Assembly: GCF_018350175.1 (NCBI RefSeq)
Contig: NC_058369.1
Location: 10,850,001 to 10,914,000 of the forward strand
Reading direction: 5' to 3'
Length of the DNA: 64,000 bases
Origin: Felis catus
Lineage: Eukaryota
Of the stretch, positions 63,970 to 64,000 are shown in pieces; the first letter of the stretch is position 1; each line of letters opens with the position of its first letter. The translations under genes were made by a program, and so were the position numbers. The notes under the pieces are model-generated. The model saw only the letters and a program-made list of their open reading frames with translations, was not told the DNA's origin and searched no databases.

Positions 63970-64000
63970 GCAGAGCAAGGATCCAGTAAGCTCAGGGGGT

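Overview
Mammalian (carnivore, felid-like SINEC_Fc/L1) genomic DNA holding a class II olfactory receptor cluster of the OR7A subfamily. There are five single-coding-exon OR loci: two intact (29346-30314 +, 39605-40594 +), one probably intact but crossed by an N gap (51447-52379 -), and two with one main lesion each (794-1762 - nonsense; 16096-17023 - frameshift). The cluster is built from direct and inverted segmental duplications. A promoter / non-coding first-exon cassette (O/E-like sites, homeodomain TAATGA site, TATA-like box, GTGAG donor) occurs five times; four copies point at an OR and one is orphaned. The right end holds a defective betaretrovirus-like (class II) provirus at 57200-63969 with both LTRs, a 6-bp TSD, a tRNA-Trp primer binding site, gag/IN remnants, an MMTV/JSRV-type env with an open 3' half, and nested insertions. 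Paralogous empty sites inside the window place this provirus and an adjacent L1 antisense within the first intron of the fifth OR. The rest is SINEs, L1 fragments, solo LTRs, MLT1/MER20/MER5 relics and microsatellites. All alignments were done by eye, so repeat boundaries without a TSD are approximate.
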